Of a stretch of DNA of 6,248 bases, positions 4,204 to 6,248 are shown piece by piece (the first letter of the stretch is position 1; each line of letters starts with the position of its first letter). Under the pieces are notes generated by a model. That model was not told the DNA's origin and ran no database searches. It saw nothing but the letters and a program-made list of their open reading frames with translations. Location: positions 101,371 to 107,618 of the forward strand of contig NZ_CP046218.1 in NCBI RefSeq assembly GCF_012571345.1. The letters run 5' to 3'. The translations under genes and the position numbers were made by a program. Source of the DNA: Candidatus Saccharimonadota bacterium (GTDB taxonomy: Bacteria; Pseudomonadota; Gammaproteobacteria; Enterobacterales; Enterobacteriaceae).

Positions 4204-6248
4204 ATGATAAAATTTCAAATATCTTGGTTACAAGAATGGATTATGTTTAATAATATGGAATATATAATTAAACAATTAACTATGCTTGGTTTTGAAGTAG
4301 AACATATAGAATATACTAATACTATTAGTAATAGTAATATAATAAATAATATTTATATAGGTCAAATTAATAATTTCACATTATATAAGCAAAATACTAA
4401 TCTTTACAAATTAAATATTAATATTAGGCAAAATGATCATATAACAATATTATCTAACGATTTTACAAATTATAAAAAAAACATGTATGTGATTTTTGCA
4501 ACCAAACAATCTTTTTTATATAAAACATTATCTAAATTATCACAATATAGTTTTTTGCAATATTCAGATGGTTTACTTTGTGCTAAAAAACATTTATGGA
4601 AATATAATGCTATATATCCAAAAAAAAAATATGACATTATACTACCACAAAAAGAATATATTCTCAAAAAGGAATATTTGCATCAGTTTATTAAATTTCA
4701 AAATAGTATTTTACACGTTACTATACCATATAATCGTTATGATTGTAATAATATTATGGGTTTAGCACGCGAATTATCATCATGTTCTCAAAATATTTTT
4801 TTAAGAAAAAAAAAATATTTTATTAATAAAAAAAATAATTTAAATATACACACACTATCATCAAGAAATGTTCTTAAACCATATAATTTAAAAATTACTG
4901 AATATTTACATCAATATAATTATTGTATAATATATCATGTAAATTTACATCAACGTATACCTACTTGGATGGAAGAAAGATTACGTATTGCAGAAATACC
5001 TATATCTATGACTTATCCTTTAATGAATATTAGTAATTATATCTTATTAGAATTAGGTTATCCTGTTAATTTTTATGATGCAGATTATATCATAGGTAAC
5101 ATCAATATTACTTCTAATATAAAAGAACAAACAATTATTTCTAATAATAATCAAGAAATAAACATTAAAAAAAAATTAATTACAATTAATGATCAAAAAA
5201 AAATATTATCTGTTGCTGGTTTATGCCAAAATATTAATACAATACCAAAAAAAAATACAAAAAATATTTTTGTTGAAAATATTTTTTTAACACAAACATA
5301 TATGAAAATATTATCAGACAATGATATGTTGCATGATCATATTATTACTCCATATGTCAAGGGATTAGACCCGCATATACAAAAAAAAGTTTTTATACGT
5401 ACTATTGAATTAATTAAAAGTATTTATGGTGGTCATAATCACTGGCTCTATTTTATTAAGTTAAATCAAAAAAATATCTCTAAAAAAACTATTACAGTAT
5501 ATTTCCATAGAATAAATGTTTTGTTAGGATTTAATTTATCAAGAAATATTATTTTAAATATTATTAGAAAATTATATTCTAAAATATTAGAATGTAATGA
5601 TAGTTTTTGTCTAGTAGAAATACCTAGTTGGCGTTATGATATTATGAATTTTGAAGATATAGTAGAAGATATTATTAGAATTTATGGTTATGATAAAATA
5701 CCAATTAAAACAGATAATATAAAAGCAAGACATCATATACAAAATCATCAAATTACTAATTGCAAGTATTTATATAACACCATTAATATCAATAAAATTA
5801 AGTCTATTCTTATTTATAAAGGATATTATGAAGTCATTAATTATAGTTTAGTCAACATAAAAACACAGTTAAAATTTTTCCCTAATATTAAGAATATTAA
5901 AATATGCAATCCGATATCACAAGATATGTCTGTTATGCGTAATTCATTATTTTATGGTTTGATTAAAAACATTATGTTTAATCAACATAGACAACAAACT
6001 AGCTTACGTTTTTTTGAATATGGACTATGTTTTGACTTACAAAATAATATTAATTTACAAAATATTTCCCAAAAATATTATTTAAGTGGCATTATTAATG
6101 GTAATTATTATGATGAACATTGGAAAGTTAATAATCGTAAAATGGACTTTTATGATTTAAAAGGTGATATAGAATGTATTTTACAATGTGATAATATTAA
6201 TAATATTATACACTATAAAAAAACAAATACAATTCATATATTACATCC
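4204..6248 (+). CDS. pheT: Phenylalanyl-tRNA synthetase beta subunit, 5' ~681 codons (3' end outside the window)
   Basis: This ORF is absent from the supplied track because it has no stop in the window. I translated frame 1 by hand from ATG 4204 to 6246 and found no stop. MIKFQISWLQEWI matches the E. coli start MKFSELWLREWV. Later blocks also match: SDGLLCA (SEGMLCS), TIPYNRYDCNNIMGLAREL (VTPNRADCLGIIGVARDV), IPTWMEERLR, NISNYILLELGYP, KGLDP (RGVDP), PSWRYDI..FEDIVEDIIRIYGYDKIP, YYEVINYS, NPIS.DMSVMR, NQHRQQ..LRFFEYGL, HWK....DFYDLKGD, ending in LHP (ALHPGQ). The start is 5 nt after the pheS stop, suggesting translational coupling. Confidence 0.9.
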   Translation, partial: MIKFQISWLQEWIMFNNMEYIIKQLTMLGFEVEHIEYTNTISNSNIINNIYIGQINNFTLYKQNTNLYKLNINIRQNDHITILSNDFTNYKKNMYVIFATKQSFLYKTLSKLSQYSFLQYSDGLLCAKKHLWKYNAIYPKKKYDIILPQKEYILKKEYLHQFIKFQNSILHVTIPYNRYDCNNIMGLARELSSCSQNIFLRKKKYFINKKNNLNIHTLSSRNVLKPYNLKITEYLHQYNYCIIYHVNLHQRIPTWMEERLRIAEIPISMTYPLMNISNYILLELGYPVNFYDADYIIGNINITSNIKEQTIISNNNQEINIKKKLITINDQKKILSVAGLCQNINTIPKKNTKNIFVENIFLTQTYMKILSDNDMLHDHIITPYVKGLDPHIQKKVFIRTIELIKSIYGGHNHWLYFIKLNQKNISKKTITVYFHRINVLLGFNLSRNIILNIIRKLYSKILECNDSFCLVEIPSWRYDIMNFEDIVEDIIRIYGYDKIPIKTDNIKARHHIQNHQITNCKYLYNTININKIKSILIYKGYYEVINYSLVNIKTQLKFFPNIKNIKICNPISQDMSVMRNSLFYGLIKNIMFNQHRQQTSLRFFEYGLCFDLQNNINLQNISQKYYLSGIINGNYYDEHWKVNNRKMDFYDLKGDIECILQCDNINNIIHYKKTNTIHILH
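4620..4629 (+). repeat. A10 homopolymer in pheT (PKKKY)
   Basis: Ten consecutive A counted directly. Confidence 0.95.
4806..4815 (+). repeat. A10 homopolymer in pheT (RKKKY)
   Basis: Ten consecutive A counted directly. Confidence 0.95.

Noticed and set aside
4470-4667. 65-aa minus-strand ORF from the supplied track
   Set aside because: It lies wholly inside pheT on the opposite strand. It is a low-complexity, Phe/Tyr-rich translation typical of the antisense of AT-rich coding DNA.
4496-4765. 89-aa plus-strand ORF from the supplied track
   Set aside because: It is out of frame (+1 relative to pheT) inside the pheT coding region. The pheT frame carries clear homology across the same bases (SDGLLCA, TIPYNRYDCNNIMGLAREL), whereas this frame has none.
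1-6248. Alternative genetic code (UGA as Trp), as in some tiny AT-rich symbiont genomes
   Set aside because: Trp positions conserved with E. coli are all TGG. I found no in-frame TGA in any of the seven genes, and under code 4 an AT-biased genome would be expected to use TGA heavily. The standard code explains everything.
1-6248. A novel defence, toxin or accessory system, CRISPR array, mobile element or large-scale repeat
   Set aside because: After correcting the infC start and adding pheT, all but about 290 bp of the window is accounted for by seven well-conserved housekeeping translation genes in canonical order. There are no unexplained ORFs, no direct or inverted repeats above the homopolymer or short-palindrome scale, and no compositional island.

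Overview
The window is about four-fifths A+T by eye and all seven genes lie on the + strand. It holds a compact block of core translation genes: prmC (3' part, runs off the left edge), thrS, infC, rpmI, rplT, pheS and pheT (5' ~680 codons, runs off the right edge). This is the classical gammaproteobacterial thrS-infC-rpmI-rplT-pheS-pheT cluster. The proteins are collinear with my recollection of the E. coli orthologues but strongly biased toward Lys/Asn/Ile/Tyr/Phe. Together with the short AT-only spacers (5-102 bp), this indicates a highly reduced, Buchnera-like gammaproteobacterial insect endosymbiont; I cannot name the species from sequence alone. Every Trp codon I read in the genes is TGG, I saw no in-frame TGA, and all six stops seen are TAA or TAG, so the standard bacterial code suffices. 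The supplied ORF track needs three corrections. It omits pheT entirely, because that ORF has no stop in the window. It truncates infC to an internal Met, whereas the real start is most likely a non-canonical ATT. It also starts prmC at an internal Met. I see no mobile element, CRISPR array, RNA gene, defence or toxin locus, or unexplained ORF, so I do not think a novel multi-gene system is present. The notable signals are reductive-evolution features of translational quality control. ThrRS lacks its whole N-terminal TGS and editing region. PheRS-beta appears to carry substitutions at several known editing-site positions. Other points are the conserved ATT start of infC, six in-frame A10 tracts, and small structures at the rpmI/rplT and rplT/pheS junctions.
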